DNA from: an uncultured archaeon
GTDB taxonomy: Archaea > Thermoplasmatota > Penumbrarchaeia > JASLWR01
DNA: 64,000 nt
Direction: 5' to 3'
Assembly: GCA_964342815.1 (NCBI GenBank)
Contig: CAYFHS010000009.1
Location: 1-64,000, forward strand
Shown: positions 30,201 to 39,431 of the stretch, piece after piece
Layout of the letters: every line of letters starts with the position of its first letter
Position numbering within the stretch: the stretch's first letter is position 1
The notes under the pieces: generated by a model
The model's database searches: none
Seen by the model: only the letters and a program-made list of their open reading frames with translations
Told to the model about the DNA's origin: nothing
Program-made: the position numbers and the translations under genes

Positions 30201-30516
30201 CGGTGTGGGAGGCTCTTTGGATTCCTCGATTACTCCCACAGGTTCTTATTATCCTTATCAACCTAATTCCATTCAACCAACACCTCAAATTCAGCCGCAG
30301 TTCGGAATCCCGAACCAAATGCCTGGTCCTTTTCAACAGCCGCACCAGGGAGCTTTTGCTGGACCAAATGTGCCCCCCCCTCAATTTTCGCATACACCGG
30401 CCCCACAGCAGCCCCCGTCATCCCGATCATACCCGAATGCAAACCAACCTGTCACTCCGCCTTCCTTACCTCCACAAGGTCCCGGCAGGGGTATGCAGCC
30501 CCCTCCATATCCATAA
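27292..30516 (+). CDS. Surface protein: 7-blade WD40 propeller + Asp-rich DxDxDG repeat stalk + TM + Pro/Gln-rich tail (paralog 1)
   Basis: Signal-like N-terminus, seven xH...WSPDG...S.D.TIKIW repeats, 12 long and 2 short acidic repeats, TM, RKK, PQ-rich tail. Confidence 0.9.
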   Translation: MYNLDLSELMIMCPLYRVLSVLLLTFAVVVSTQSTTICDDSSVEFLNSDTSAVTSKRNSPDYFVLEETLSEHTQQIGGLAWSPDGSKLASAANDDKVKIWDAKNWDCQVTLTYHSASVFDVSWSPDGSKLATCSSDETIRIWDTDTWNCFQTLTDHTDMVMGVAWSPDGSLIASGSYDSTIKIWNTSSWNCIQTLTDHSDEVFSVAWSPDNNQLASGSYDKTAKIWNTNDWTCIQTLTGYSDNVFSVSWSPNSNSLATSSRDETIKIWDSGNWNCIQTLTDHSDKVYGVAWSPDSDKLASVSLDNTVKVWNALGWNCIQTLTNHSADIFSVAWSPTGFRFATGSQDKTIMIWVGDSDRDGVYEDADAFPHDPAASIDSDEDGSPDEWNLGKSVLDSTSVPPLRLDDFPTDPAASLDTDHDGYPDDWNENMGPGNSTTGLTRIDDLRSDPAASLDTDKDGWPDEWNEGCDETDSTTNLQIDSFPYDSTQWSDADGDGFGDNISGNDPDFLPFDPAASMDIDDDGFPDDWNPGKNAGDSTTGLHLDAFPIDPAASLDTDGDGWPDEWNPGKFALDSTTGLTRLDAFPNDLSASMDTDDDGQPDEWNIGMKESDSSTGLHLDAFPNDPAASLDDDKDGFPDEWNPGKSALDSTTPLGWVDAFPVDSAASLDSDGDRFPDDWNDGQDKSDSTTGLYLDMFSLDPAASMDSDLDGFPDEWNANRTASDSTSIPPLHLDVFLADPAASLDADYDGYPDEWNPGKTHIHSTSVPPLQLDSFPNDAAASIDTDGDGFPDEWNPNENESSSTTGLRLDAFPSDSAASLDSDEDNYPDEWNPEKSKDDSTTDLDLDIFPTESTQWSDSDGDGWGDNYANVSWGNGREVGAYIPEANKPDAYPLDGTKWLYDESSPIDDDVSDDDTTLGNGVPDQSSDSGLIWIILISLFVVFFIIGIVLFLIIRKKGEKDSDKNFSGMGHGVGGSLDSSITPTGSYYPYQPNSIQPTPQIQPQFGIPNQMPGPFQQPHQGAFAGPNVPPPQFSHTPAPQQPPSSRSYPNANQPVTPPSLPPQGPGRGMQPPPYP
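28387..29892 (+). repeat. Coding array of 37-39-aa Ca-binding-type repeats (DAFPxDPAASLDTDGDGxPDEWNPGKxxxDSTTGLxL)
   Basis: Read directly from the translation: 12 long units and 2 short DxFPxDxTQWSDxDGDGxGDN units. Confidence 0.85.
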
Positions 30517-30573
30517 ATGTCAGGTAATAATTAAATAGGACTAAAATTATACGAAATTAAAACCAACAACGAA

Positions 30574-33500
30574 GTGGAATTTATGAAACGGTTGCGTATA
30601 CTTGTCCTTGCCCTCATAATTTTAATGTCACCGTCTATTTCACTTGTGATGGAAATAATTAATACGCCTACCCTTCACAATTATTCATCCGAAGAGAAAT
30701 CCTTTGAAGAAACTCGGAGCGGGCCTGATTACTTTTTACTGGAAAAAACCATCTCGGAACATACTGACTTTACATATGATGTTGCCTGGGCACCGGATGG
30801 GTCAAAACTTGCCTCGGGTTCACGGGATGGGACTTTAAGAATATGGAATTCAAGCAGTTGGATCTCAATGAACACTGTTGTATTGACAAACACCGATTTT
30901 CGGTGTGTTGAATGGTCCCCGGATGGTAGCATGATTGCATCCGGTTCGGTGGGTGATGCCAATTGGTTATTAATTCGAGAAACTGAGAGATGGGCCCCAT
31001 TAGATACTATTCGTGATCATCCATCGGGCGTTTATAGTGTCTCTTGGCGACCGGACGGAAAGCGTCTGGCTTCTTCGAGTACATCGGGAGTAAAGATTTG
31101 GGATACTGGCAATTGGAATAATCTTAATACTATTTACGACAGCTCCGGTTTAACACAACAGATCGAGTGGTCACCTAATGGTACCCGATTAGCATGTTCC
31201 TGTGGGGATGCAAAAATAAAGATAACGAAGGGCACACTTGATTATTTTGACTGGTCTTTTAATGATTCAAGTGGTTTCACCGGGATTTCGTGGTCGCCTG
31301 ATGGTAATTGGTTGGCAACTGGCTCATACGATCCCTTGATAAAAATATGGAATATGAATACTTTTGAGAATGTTCGAACCCTGACTGACCATTCAGATGA
31401 TGTAATTTGCGTAGACTGGTCAAGCGACGGAACACGTCTGGCGACCGGTTCGAAGGATTCTACAATAAAGATATGGGATACAAATACCTGGAATTGCATT
31501 CAAACGCTTACAGGGCATTCGAATGACGTTTTATCTGTTTCGTGGTCACTAGACGGAACTCGACTGGCTTCTTCTTCGAAGGATAGTACAGTACTAATCT
31601 GGGCTGGTGATTCGGATCAAGATGGAGTATACGAGTACATTGATGCTTTTCCACGAGATTCCGCAGCTTCCTTAGATACCGATGGCGACGGTTACCCCGA
31701 CGAATGGAATCCCGGGAAATCCGCCGATAATTCAACTTCGGATCCCAAGTTAAGACTGGACGATTATCCGGCCGATCCTGCAGCAAGCCTTGATTCCGAT
31801 GGTGACGGATATCCCGATGAATGGAACCAAGGGATGAACCGCGAAAATTCGACGACCGGTCTTACCCGTTTGGATGATTTTCCCCACGATATCGCTGGTT
31901 CTCTTGACTCCGATGATGACGGTTTTCCAGATGAATGGAACGACGGAAAGAACCAACTGGACTCAACTGCAGGATTGGTTCTCGATATCTTTCCGTTTGA
32001 CCCAACCCAATGGTCCGACACAGATGAAGACGGTTTTGGGGACAACATTTCTGGAAACAACTCCGACCAATTTGTAACCGATCCAGCAGCATCCCAAGAT
32101 ACCGATGGTGATGGATATCCGGATGGATGGAATACCGGAAAAGACGCTCTCGATTCTACAACCGGTCTATATCTCGATGCCTATCCAACCGATCCCGCCG
32201 CATCCAGAGACAGCGATAACGACAGTTTTCCGGATGAATGGAATGCTGGAAAATCGATCTGGGATTCAACAACTGGAATTGAAAGACTTGACGCGTTTCC
32301 ATTCGATCCCGCAGTCAGTCTCGATAGCGACGGCGATGGTTACCCGGATGGCTGGAACCAGGGGAAAAGCGGTTTTGATTCGACAACGGGAATCCGTCTG
32401 GATGCTTTCCCCGATGATCCTGCGGCCTCGGCAGACAGCGACGATGATAATTATCCGGATGAATGGAATCGGAATAAAAGTGGTGACGACTCGACAAAAG
32501 GTCTCACTCTGGACGCCTATCCCATAGACCCCGCAGCCAGCCTTGATACCGATAATGATGGGTATCCCGATGAATGGAATGCCGGGAAATCTGCAGAGGA
32601 TTCCACATCTGATCCGCCTTTGAGGTTGGACGATTTCCCCAACGATCCTGCCGCCAGTCTCGATACGGACGGTGATGGTTATCCCGATGAATGGAATGTC
32701 GGAAGAAGTGGAAATGATTCTATCTCGGACCCGCCCCTTCGGCTTGATGATTTCCCCAACGATCCGGCTGCTAGTATTGATAGGGATGGGGATGGGTATC
32801 CGGATGAATGGAATACTGGAAAAAAGGAGAAAGATTCAACATCCGATCCGGCGCTACGTCTGGACGCTTTTCACGATGATCCCGCAGCCAGCTTCGATTT
32901 CGACGGGGACGGTTATCCCGATAGATGGAACAATGGAACTGACAAAGATGATTCCACTACGGGATTGGTCTTAGATGAATTTCCCACGGAACCGACTCAA
33001 TGGAGGGATTCGGATAGAGACGGGTGGGGCGACAATTATGCTATTGAATCATGGGGAGATGGAAGAAAAGTCGGCATCTATATATCAGGCGCATACAAAC
33101 CCGATGCCTATCCTAATGATGAAACAAAGTGGCTTTATGAGAACGATAACGGCATAGTTGATGATGATAATAACGATGAAAATGATGACGGTTCGATTGA
33201 TGATGACGATACACCAGAAGAGAATGAGATAAATCCTGAATCCGGTAATTCATGGATATGGATCCTTTTGATCGCATTATTACTAATCTTTATAATTATC
33301 CTCAGTTTGATTCTTGTGGTTCGAAAAGGGAAAAAGCCAAAAGAGACAGCTGTATCAAACGAAGTAGTGAATTCGTATCTCCCCGCATCTCCGCCCACGC
33401 AACAGATGGATTATTATCCACAATATGAGCAAGCTCAACAAATCCAGCAATCAGCATATAAAAATATAGAACCTGACACATCCCCCCAAATTTCCGAGTA

Positions 33501-33582
33501 TATTCCTCCAGAAACCAATCCCCTGCCGCAATCCAGTATTTTACCTCAAACCCAATTAAATGAGCAAGTTTACAAGAGATAA
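30574..33582 (+). CDS. Surface protein: WD40 propeller + Asp-rich repeat stalk + TM + Q/P-rich tail (paralog 2)
   Basis: Same architecture as 27292..30516. Seven WD40 blades (2-5 degenerate), 11 long and 2 short acidic repeats. Confidence 0.9.
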   Translation: MEFMKRLRILVLALIILMSPSISLVMEIINTPTLHNYSSEEKSFEETRSGPDYFLLEKTISEHTDFTYDVAWAPDGSKLASGSRDGTLRIWNSSSWISMNTVVLTNTDFRCVEWSPDGSMIASGSVGDANWLLIRETERWAPLDTIRDHPSGVYSVSWRPDGKRLASSSTSGVKIWDTGNWNNLNTIYDSSGLTQQIEWSPNGTRLACSCGDAKIKITKGTLDYFDWSFNDSSGFTGISWSPDGNWLATGSYDPLIKIWNMNTFENVRTLTDHSDDVICVDWSSDGTRLATGSKDSTIKIWDTNTWNCIQTLTGHSNDVLSVSWSLDGTRLASSSKDSTVLIWAGDSDQDGVYEYIDAFPRDSAASLDTDGDGYPDEWNPGKSADNSTSDPKLRLDDYPADPAASLDSDGDGYPDEWNQGMNRENSTTGLTRLDDFPHDIAGSLDSDDDGFPDEWNDGKNQLDSTAGLVLDIFPFDPTQWSDTDEDGFGDNISGNNSDQFVTDPAASQDTDGDGYPDGWNTGKDALDSTTGLYLDAYPTDPAASRDSDNDSFPDEWNAGKSIWDSTTGIERLDAFPFDPAVSLDSDGDGYPDGWNQGKSGFDSTTGIRLDAFPDDPAASADSDDDNYPDEWNRNKSGDDSTKGLTLDAYPIDPAASLDTDNDGYPDEWNAGKSAEDSTSDPPLRLDDFPNDPAASLDTDGDGYPDEWNVGRSGNDSISDPPLRLDDFPNDPAASIDRDGDGYPDEWNTGKKEKDSTSDPALRLDAFHDDPAASFDFDGDGYPDRWNNGTDKDDSTTGLVLDEFPTEPTQWRDSDRDGWGDNYAIESWGDGRKVGIYISGAYKPDAYPNDETKWLYENDNGIVDDDNNDENDDGSIDDDDTPEENEINPESGNSWIWILLIALLLIFIIILSLILVVRKGKKPKETAVSNEVVNSYLPASPPTQQMDYYPQYEQAQQIQQSAYKNIEPDTSPQISEYIPPETNPLPQSSILPQTQLNEQVYKR
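31642..33039 (+). repeat. Coding array of Asp-rich Ca-binding-type repeats (paralog 2)
   Basis: 11 long and 2 short units, with the short units placed as in paralog 1. Confidence 0.85.
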
Positions 33583-33628
33583 AGAATAATAGGAAGATCG
33601 AATTGAATATCAGCAACCGTAATGAAAA

Positions 33629-34825
33629 TTATTTTCTTTTTCTCAGGACAATCATTACAATAATAAATATGATGATCACGGTAATAATCCCAACTATCAA
33701 ATACAAGGGAAGTCCCCAATATCTATCATATATTAAAATCGAAACTGAATTATTTTCATCATCATCTTTATCCGGATCAACATCTATTTGAATTAACGTT
33801 TCATTTTCCAAAAGTAAGGTATTATGATATATAGTAATGTTTTCTATTATTAGGGTATTAAATCCCTCCTTTTCAGCTACGATGGTGATTTTGCCGTACA
33901 AATCGTACTCATTAACCTTAAAATCAACAAGTCCCTGCTCATCAGTGTGCACAACATTTGCTATTGAGTTGTTGTTTAGATACATAGAAATATTTTCAGA
34001 AGGATTTTTAAGAGAAATTGTAACATTCTTTATAGGTAATCCCATCTCATCGATTATAGGGCCCAATTCTATCGAATAATATGGATCGTAATAATATCTA
34101 TTGAAAAGACCCGCACTTGTATTCCACGTTATTGATATATCTTCTCTTGGGGTCCAATCGAATTTCTCGATATGTCCGATGGTCTCGTTCTCTTCGATGT
34201 AGTAATCGTCCAATCCCTGCGGATGATCATCTATATAGTTATTATCAAACAAGAAATTGAATTTTGCTCTAGATATAGATCCATTCCATGCCTTCCCCGT
34301 TGTAGTGATATAGATCAATTCACATTTTGTTTCAAAGCTAATTCCATAATATGTCTCGTAACTTATGGTTATGTTGTCCGTTGAATTTGGTAACACCGCC
34401 ACATTAAAATGTATTGCCGGTGGATCGTTGTAGGATGAGTTGACATATGGGACATTTGTATTGTTGAACCGCAACGAAGAGATAGAATACGGGCATTCTT
34501 CACCATAAATGAACTCCCCGAAGTTATAGTAGTATTGTTTATTAAAGGGGAAATATACCGTCTGATTGATAGTGTAATTCGTAGGGTTATGGATCGTGTA
34601 CCTTCCTGTTACATAGACATGGTCCGAGATGTAAAAATCAACTTCTTCAGACACCAATATCAATGGAGTATCGTTGTCCGGTACCGGATTCGAACCCTCT
34701 TCAACAGACAGCGCAAATAATGGCAAAGGATTGGATGAAACCGGTATAGCAGAAGAAATGAAGAAACAGATTACAATGAACGAAATTTTCAACTTATTCA
34801 TTTTAAATAACATTATTATCAACAT
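33629..34825 (-). CDS. Secreted, C-terminally anchored protein (DUF4424-like N-terminal domain)
   Basis: Signal peptide, LVSEEVDF...YITTTGKAWNGSISRAKF, acidic linker, TM + RKRK. AT-rich. Confidence 0.7.
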   Translation of the reverse strand: MLIIMLFKMNKLKISFIVICFFISSAIPVSSNPLPLFALSVEEGSNPVPDNDTPLILVSEEVDFYISDHVYVTGRYTIHNPTNYTINQTVYFPFNKQYYYNFGEFIYGEECPYSISSLRFNNTNVPYVNSSYNDPPAIHFNVAVLPNSTDNITISYETYYGISFETKCELIYITTTGKAWNGSISRAKFNFLFDNNYIDDHPQGLDDYYIEENETIGHIEKFDWTPREDISITWNTSAGLFNRYYYDPYYSIELGPIIDEMGLPIKNVTISLKNPSENISMYLNNNSIANVVHTDEQGLVDFKVNEYDLYGKITIVAEKEGFNTLIIENITIYHNTLLLENETLIQIDVDPDKDDDENNSVSILIYDRYWGLPLYLIVGIITVIIIFIIVMIVLRKRK

Positions 34826-35030
34826 TGAAGTGATATATGATATTATTCATTTTCTGATATAAATCATTATCGTATTGTGATAACAAAACCCAATGATATG
34901 CAGCATGTTTTCCAGAATTTTTTTTTATCCTCCTTCTGCACGGATGGAGTTTAGCACCGAGACCCAAACTAATAAATAGTAAAAAACTGTTTGAATTATA
35001 CATTTCTTTTATTCCCGGGAATGATGACCT

Positions 35031-38000
35031 ATGAAAAAATATCACATCATTACGATAACATTATTTGCCCTATTATTGGTTTCAAACTTCACGATCACTT
35101 GGAACTCGTTACAGGGAACGCAAAATACGGTAATTACCACCGGAAGTACAATGGAGACCTCTGCAGAAACAGATCAAGCCTTTTCCTCTTTGACAAGAGC
35201 AGGGGATGTGGTAATAAATGAATTTCTTCCGGATCCCAATACGGACTGGGACGATTCAGGTGACCTTGATTACTATGATGATGAATGGATCGAATTATAT
35301 AACAAGGGGAATTCCAGACAAGATATTTCTGGATGGAGATTGGATGACATTACTACCGGGGGCGCGGCCTACTATACAATACCGGGGGGTACTTATATCG
35401 ATCCCGGTCAGTTTATGGTATTCTATGGAAGCGAAACGGGGGTGGTTTTGAACAATGCTGGGGATACGGTGAACCTCCTGAATGATTTCGGTACTCTCAT
35501 CGATTCTTACCAGTATGATAATTCATCAAATGATGTCTCATACGCGAGGATCCCCGACGGAGCCGATAACTGGGAAAACGTTGGAGCACCCACACCTGGA
35601 GAAAGGAATTCAGTAATTGAGCTGGATAATTCTCAATCGCTAGTGGTTGACGATGATTATTCTACCAATGCCAAAGACATGATCGATAATGCCATCGATT
35701 ATATTTTTGTTCTACAGTATCTGACAATCTACTATCCAACTCACCCCGAATATCCCGTTTCTCAGCTTTATCAAGCTCTAATAAATGCCCATAACAGAGG
35801 AGTCGAAGTAAAAATATTACTGGATAATACTCCCTCGGAGAACGCAGATACGAAGATATATCTGGAGAATAGCGGCTTGAACGTGAAGATCGATGACGAC
35901 ACGCTGAAACTGCATTCCAAACTTGTTATCGCAGATGACATGGTATTGCTGGGAAGTACGAACTGGGGGCATAAATCAACTACTGGTAATCACGAGGCAA
36001 ACCTGAGGATCAATTCCACTCCGTTGGGAAAATATTTCAAAGCGTATTTCGAGGAACTCTGGTCGAACCCCACTATCTATCCTTCACCGAGTCCGCCGGA
36101 TACCGGCGAGATCTCCACGGTAATATGTGATGAATACTATGCAAAAGCGGATAATCTTATCAGCTCGGCCCAGAATAAAATTTGTCTCGTAATGTATCAT
36201 ATCACTGAAGCGGCCCAACCAAGGGCTCTTCTACAGAAACTTATCGACGCCCATCTACGGGGTGTTTCGGTTCGTGTGATCCTTGAGCATACGACCTTTA
36301 TCGATTACGTGGACATCGATAACATGGCCGCTCTGGAAATTCTTCTGGCCCAGGGGGTTCCGTCGGTGCTTGACGATGATTCCATGAATACCCATGCAAA
36401 GGTTCTGGTGGTAGATGATGAGGTACTCTTGGGAAGCACCAACTGGGCCTTTGAGGCGTTCAACAGCCAGCTAAATACGAATCTTCTCATAAATAATATC
36501 ACTCTTACCGGAACCGTTACTGATTATTTCGATGGTCTTTGGGGGAAATACGGATCCACTACCGGCAGTATGGAGCTATCCGGGAGTGCAGGAAATTTCT
36601 ATCTGGGAGATACCATTACCGTAACAGTGATCGACGAAGACACGAACATCAACGAATCGCTCAAAGAGGACCTAGAAATAACCGTTTCCTCGGATAGCGA
36701 TCCCGTGGGAATTTCCGTAACACTTCCTGAAACGGGAGTTGACACGGGTACATATAGAGATTTTTTTCACCTTTCATCAACGAGTGATCAAGCACAAAAT
36801 GAGATAGAATGCAAAGAAGGAGATACAGTAACCGTTGTTTATCATGACCTGATGGATGTGAATGCAACAGCCGGAAATATAGAAATTTCATTTGCCGTAG
36901 AGGAGACCATTGGTAGCATTAATCTTATCACCCCGTTAAACAATTCGCTTGTGAGGGGAAGCTCCACACAGCTCAACTGGAGCCTTGAATACAGTGGTTC
37001 AGGTATTGTCAGTTATAATGTAATAGCTGATGGGAATCCAGATCCCTCGGAGGTTGTAGCGACATCGATTACGGAGAATGGTTTTTTGCTGGATGGCCTC
37101 GCGGACAGTGAAAAATATTACTGGAAAGTAATACCGCTGGTGGACGGTTACCCCCGTTTCTGGGAATCAGACATCCGCACTTTCACAGTTGAGATTCAGG
37201 GAGTAATTACTCGGCTCACTCCTACAGACGGAAGTACACTGGAGGACAACTCAACCAAGCTCGAATGGGATCTCAGCTACAATGGGAAATCAGAAATATC
37301 GTTTGAGATACATTTCGGAAGCTCCGAGCTTTCTCTTCAGGTTCTGGAATCGGGTATTTCGGGCAAATATTATCAGCTAAATGATCTCGAGGACGGGGTC
37401 ACATACTACTGGGAAGTTGTGCCTCTCGTTGACGGGATCCCGGGAAATTGGGCGTCGGAAGTAAGAAGTTTCACTATCGAGTTCACCGGTGAAATTCACC
37501 CTGTATCGCCTCTGAACCGAGATATTGTAGTGGGCTCAACAACAGAGTTGCGCTGGGACTACAGTTACCATGGTAAGGGTATGTTAAAGTTTAACGTATA
37601 TATGGGTACCGAGACGGATACTATGGAGAAGATCGCATCAAGCATTCTATCCAACAAGACCATGACCTCTCTGCTGGAAGACGGAGAGACCTATTTCTGG
37701 AATATAACGCCAGTGGTGAACGGTATCGAGAAGGAATGGGCTTCGATGACCTGGAGTTTCTTTGTCAAGTTATCGGGAGAAATTGAGCTTATATCACCCG
37801 AGAGCGGGCAGGTCATCACCAAAAGCGAGGTTCTTCTTGAATGGGATCTGGATTATCAGGGAACGGGCGAAGTTGTATATTCGGTCTATCTGAGCGAGTT
37901 TAAAAATCCAACAAAGGAGATCCTGACTAAAGCTGCGGATACGAGTTTTACCGCGGACGAGCTTAATGATGAAACGAAATATTACTGGTTCGTGCAGCCG

Positions 38001-38453
38001 TATATCAACGACGAAAAGGTTTCTTGGAGCTCCCCGGTATGGAATTTCACAGTGAATCTGGAAAAAACCATTACCGGAGACGATGATACCGACGGAGGTG
38101 GTGATGGAAATGAAGTTAGTTCCGGCTCTAATACAATGATAATAATTTTGATAGCAGTGATTTTAGTTGTTTTAACTATAATTATCGTCATCCTGGTGCT
38201 AATGAGAAAGAAGAAAAAAGGTGGAGATGATGAAGGAGAACTAAAGCAATCTGACGTTCCCCGACCGCCCCGCGGAATGACCGGATATAATACGGATTCC
38301 GGCCAGACATACCCGCAGGCTCAGAATGTGCCACTTCAAACTGGGTTTACTGACGAATATTATCCTCAGAACGAGGGGGGGGCTGGTACAGGATTCTCCC
38401 ACGAAGAACAGCAAACTTACCCTTACCAGGAACAGGGACCACCCCGTGTTTGA
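35031..38453 (+). CDS. Surface phospholipase D/nuclease: lamin-tail domain + two HKD domains + Ig/Fn3-like repeats + TM
   Basis: VVINEFLPDP...EWIELYN (LTD). LHSKLVIAD...GSTNW and THAKVLVVD...GSTNW. Repeated L.SP.....L.W...YYW.V.P modules. TM + RKKKK. Confidence 0.88.
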   Translation: MKKYHIITITLFALLLVSNFTITWNSLQGTQNTVITTGSTMETSAETDQAFSSLTRAGDVVINEFLPDPNTDWDDSGDLDYYDDEWIELYNKGNSRQDISGWRLDDITTGGAAYYTIPGGTYIDPGQFMVFYGSETGVVLNNAGDTVNLLNDFGTLIDSYQYDNSSNDVSYARIPDGADNWENVGAPTPGERNSVIELDNSQSLVVDDDYSTNAKDMIDNAIDYIFVLQYLTIYYPTHPEYPVSQLYQALINAHNRGVEVKILLDNTPSENADTKIYLENSGLNVKIDDDTLKLHSKLVIADDMVLLGSTNWGHKSTTGNHEANLRINSTPLGKYFKAYFEELWSNPTIYPSPSPPDTGEISTVICDEYYAKADNLISSAQNKICLVMYHITEAAQPRALLQKLIDAHLRGVSVRVILEHTTFIDYVDIDNMAALEILLAQGVPSVLDDDSMNTHAKVLVVDDEVLLGSTNWAFEAFNSQLNTNLLINNITLTGTVTDYFDGLWGKYGSTTGSMELSGSAGNFYLGDTITVTVIDEDTNINESLKEDLEITVSSDSDPVGISVTLPETGVDTGTYRDFFHLSSTSDQAQNEIECKEGDTVTVVYHDLMDVNATAGNIEISFAVEETIGSINLITPLNNSLVRGSSTQLNWSLEYSGSGIVSYNVIADGNPDPSEVVATSITENGFLLDGLADSEKYYWKVIPLVDGYPRFWESDIRTFTVEIQGVITRLTPTDGSTLEDNSTKLEWDLSYNGKSEISFEIHFGSSELSLQVLESGISGKYYQLNDLEDGVTYYWEVVPLVDGIPGNWASEVRSFTIEFTGEIHPVSPLNRDIVVGSTTELRWDYSYHGKGMLKFNVYMGTETDTMEKIASSILSNKTMTSLLEDGETYFWNITPVVNGIEKEWASMTWSFFVKLSGEIELISPESGQVITKSEVLLEWDLDYQGTGEVVYSVYLSEFKNPTKEILTKAADTSFTADELNDETKYYWFVQPYINDEKVSWSSPVWNFTVNLEKTITGDDDTDGGGDGNEVSSGSNTMIIILIAVILVVLTIIIVILVLMRKKKKGGDDEGELKQSDVPRPPRGMTGYNTDSGQTYPQAQNVPLQTGFTDEYYPQNEGGAGTGFSHEEQQTYPYQEQGPPRV

Positions 38454-38908
38454 ACTCGAACATTATTTATATGACGGACACCGAATGGGATAACATGAAG
38501 AGAGAGGTCCCATCAAGCGTGAAAATAATTGCGCTAATTCATTTATTACTCGGAATCGGATCGATACTATTTGCCATATGGATCATAGTAGATATGTCGG
38601 GTGCATCGCAGGATATGGATTTCGGAAAACTCCTGAAGTTAATATCGATTATTGTTGCCATATTGTTCGTTCTCATGGGATCTTTCCTTCTCGTTATTGC
38701 GAAGGGTCTATGGCGGGCAAGACCGTGGGCGAGGATCCTGAACGCAATAACCACCGGATTAATCTTTATTATCACTCTTGCGTCGGCAATTAATGGAAGT
38801 TTCAGTGTTTACGGATTGATGATACTGGCGATATTTATGGTCATGTCGGGATATTTATTGATGAACCGGACGGTAAAAAATTACTTTAGGAAAGCCCAAG
38901 AAAAGTAA
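38450..38908 (+). CDS. Small 4-TM membrane protein
   Basis: Four hydrophobic helices, GLWRARPWAR. 4-nt overlap with the upstream gene. Confidence 0.75.
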   Translation: MNSNIIYMTDTEWDNMKREVPSSVKIIALIHLLLGIGSILFAIWIIVDMSGASQDMDFGKLLKLISIIVAILFVLMGSFLLVIAKGLWRARPWARILNAITTGLIFIITLASAINGSFSVYGLMILAIFMVMSGYLLMNRTVKNYFRKAQEK

Positions 38909-38972
38909 GTAAAACGCTTTTATTAATGGATTAACTTTTTAAGTAAAATTATTCATCTCCAAAGGTAATCCG

Positions 38973-39410
38973 ATGATACGGAATTTCACTCCCTCTGATA
39001 TGGATTCGATACTTGCCATCGAGCAAGAGGCTTTTCCGAAAGCGCCTTTTTCAAGATCAATTTTCCAGGACTTTTACATAAATGAAAATGTAACTTTCCT
39101 GGTATTTGAAAAAGATTCGGGGATATTGGGAGACATGGTCTTCGAGAAGAATGGGCACGCAGTCACCCTTGCAGTGGCCGGGAAACACCGTAGATCCGGA
39201 ATCGCGGCTGCACTGATGAAGAGAGCCCTGGAACTGATATCGGGTCCATTTCTCTTCTTTGAGGTTAGAAAATCCAATCTAACTGCAAAAGAACTCTACC
39301 GGCATCTCGGTGCTTATAAGGCAATGGAAAAGAAAGGATATTACAGTTCACCCTCAGAGGACGCTGAAATATGGGTTCTTTCGAAATCTGGAAAAGAGGC
39401 ACTCATATAA
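38973..39410 (+). CDS. RimI-like GNAT N-acetyltransferase
   Basis: ILAIEQEAFP, LAVAGKHRRSGIAAALM, FEVRKSNLTAKELY, GYYSSPSEDA. Confidence 0.85.
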   Translation: MIRNFTPSDMDSILAIEQEAFPKAPFSRSIFQDFYINENVTFLVFEKDSGILGDMVFEKNGHAVTLAVAGKHRRSGIAAALMKRALELISGPFLFFEVRKSNLTAKELYRHLGAYKAMEKKGYYSSPSEDAEIWVLSKSGKEALI

Positions 39411-39431
39411 GTTCCGACAAGTTTCCAGTCG

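Noticed and set aside
28387-33039. About 111-117-bp periodic repeats considered as a non-coding array
   Set aside because: They lie fully within two ORFs and vary mostly at synonymous positions, as coding repeats do.
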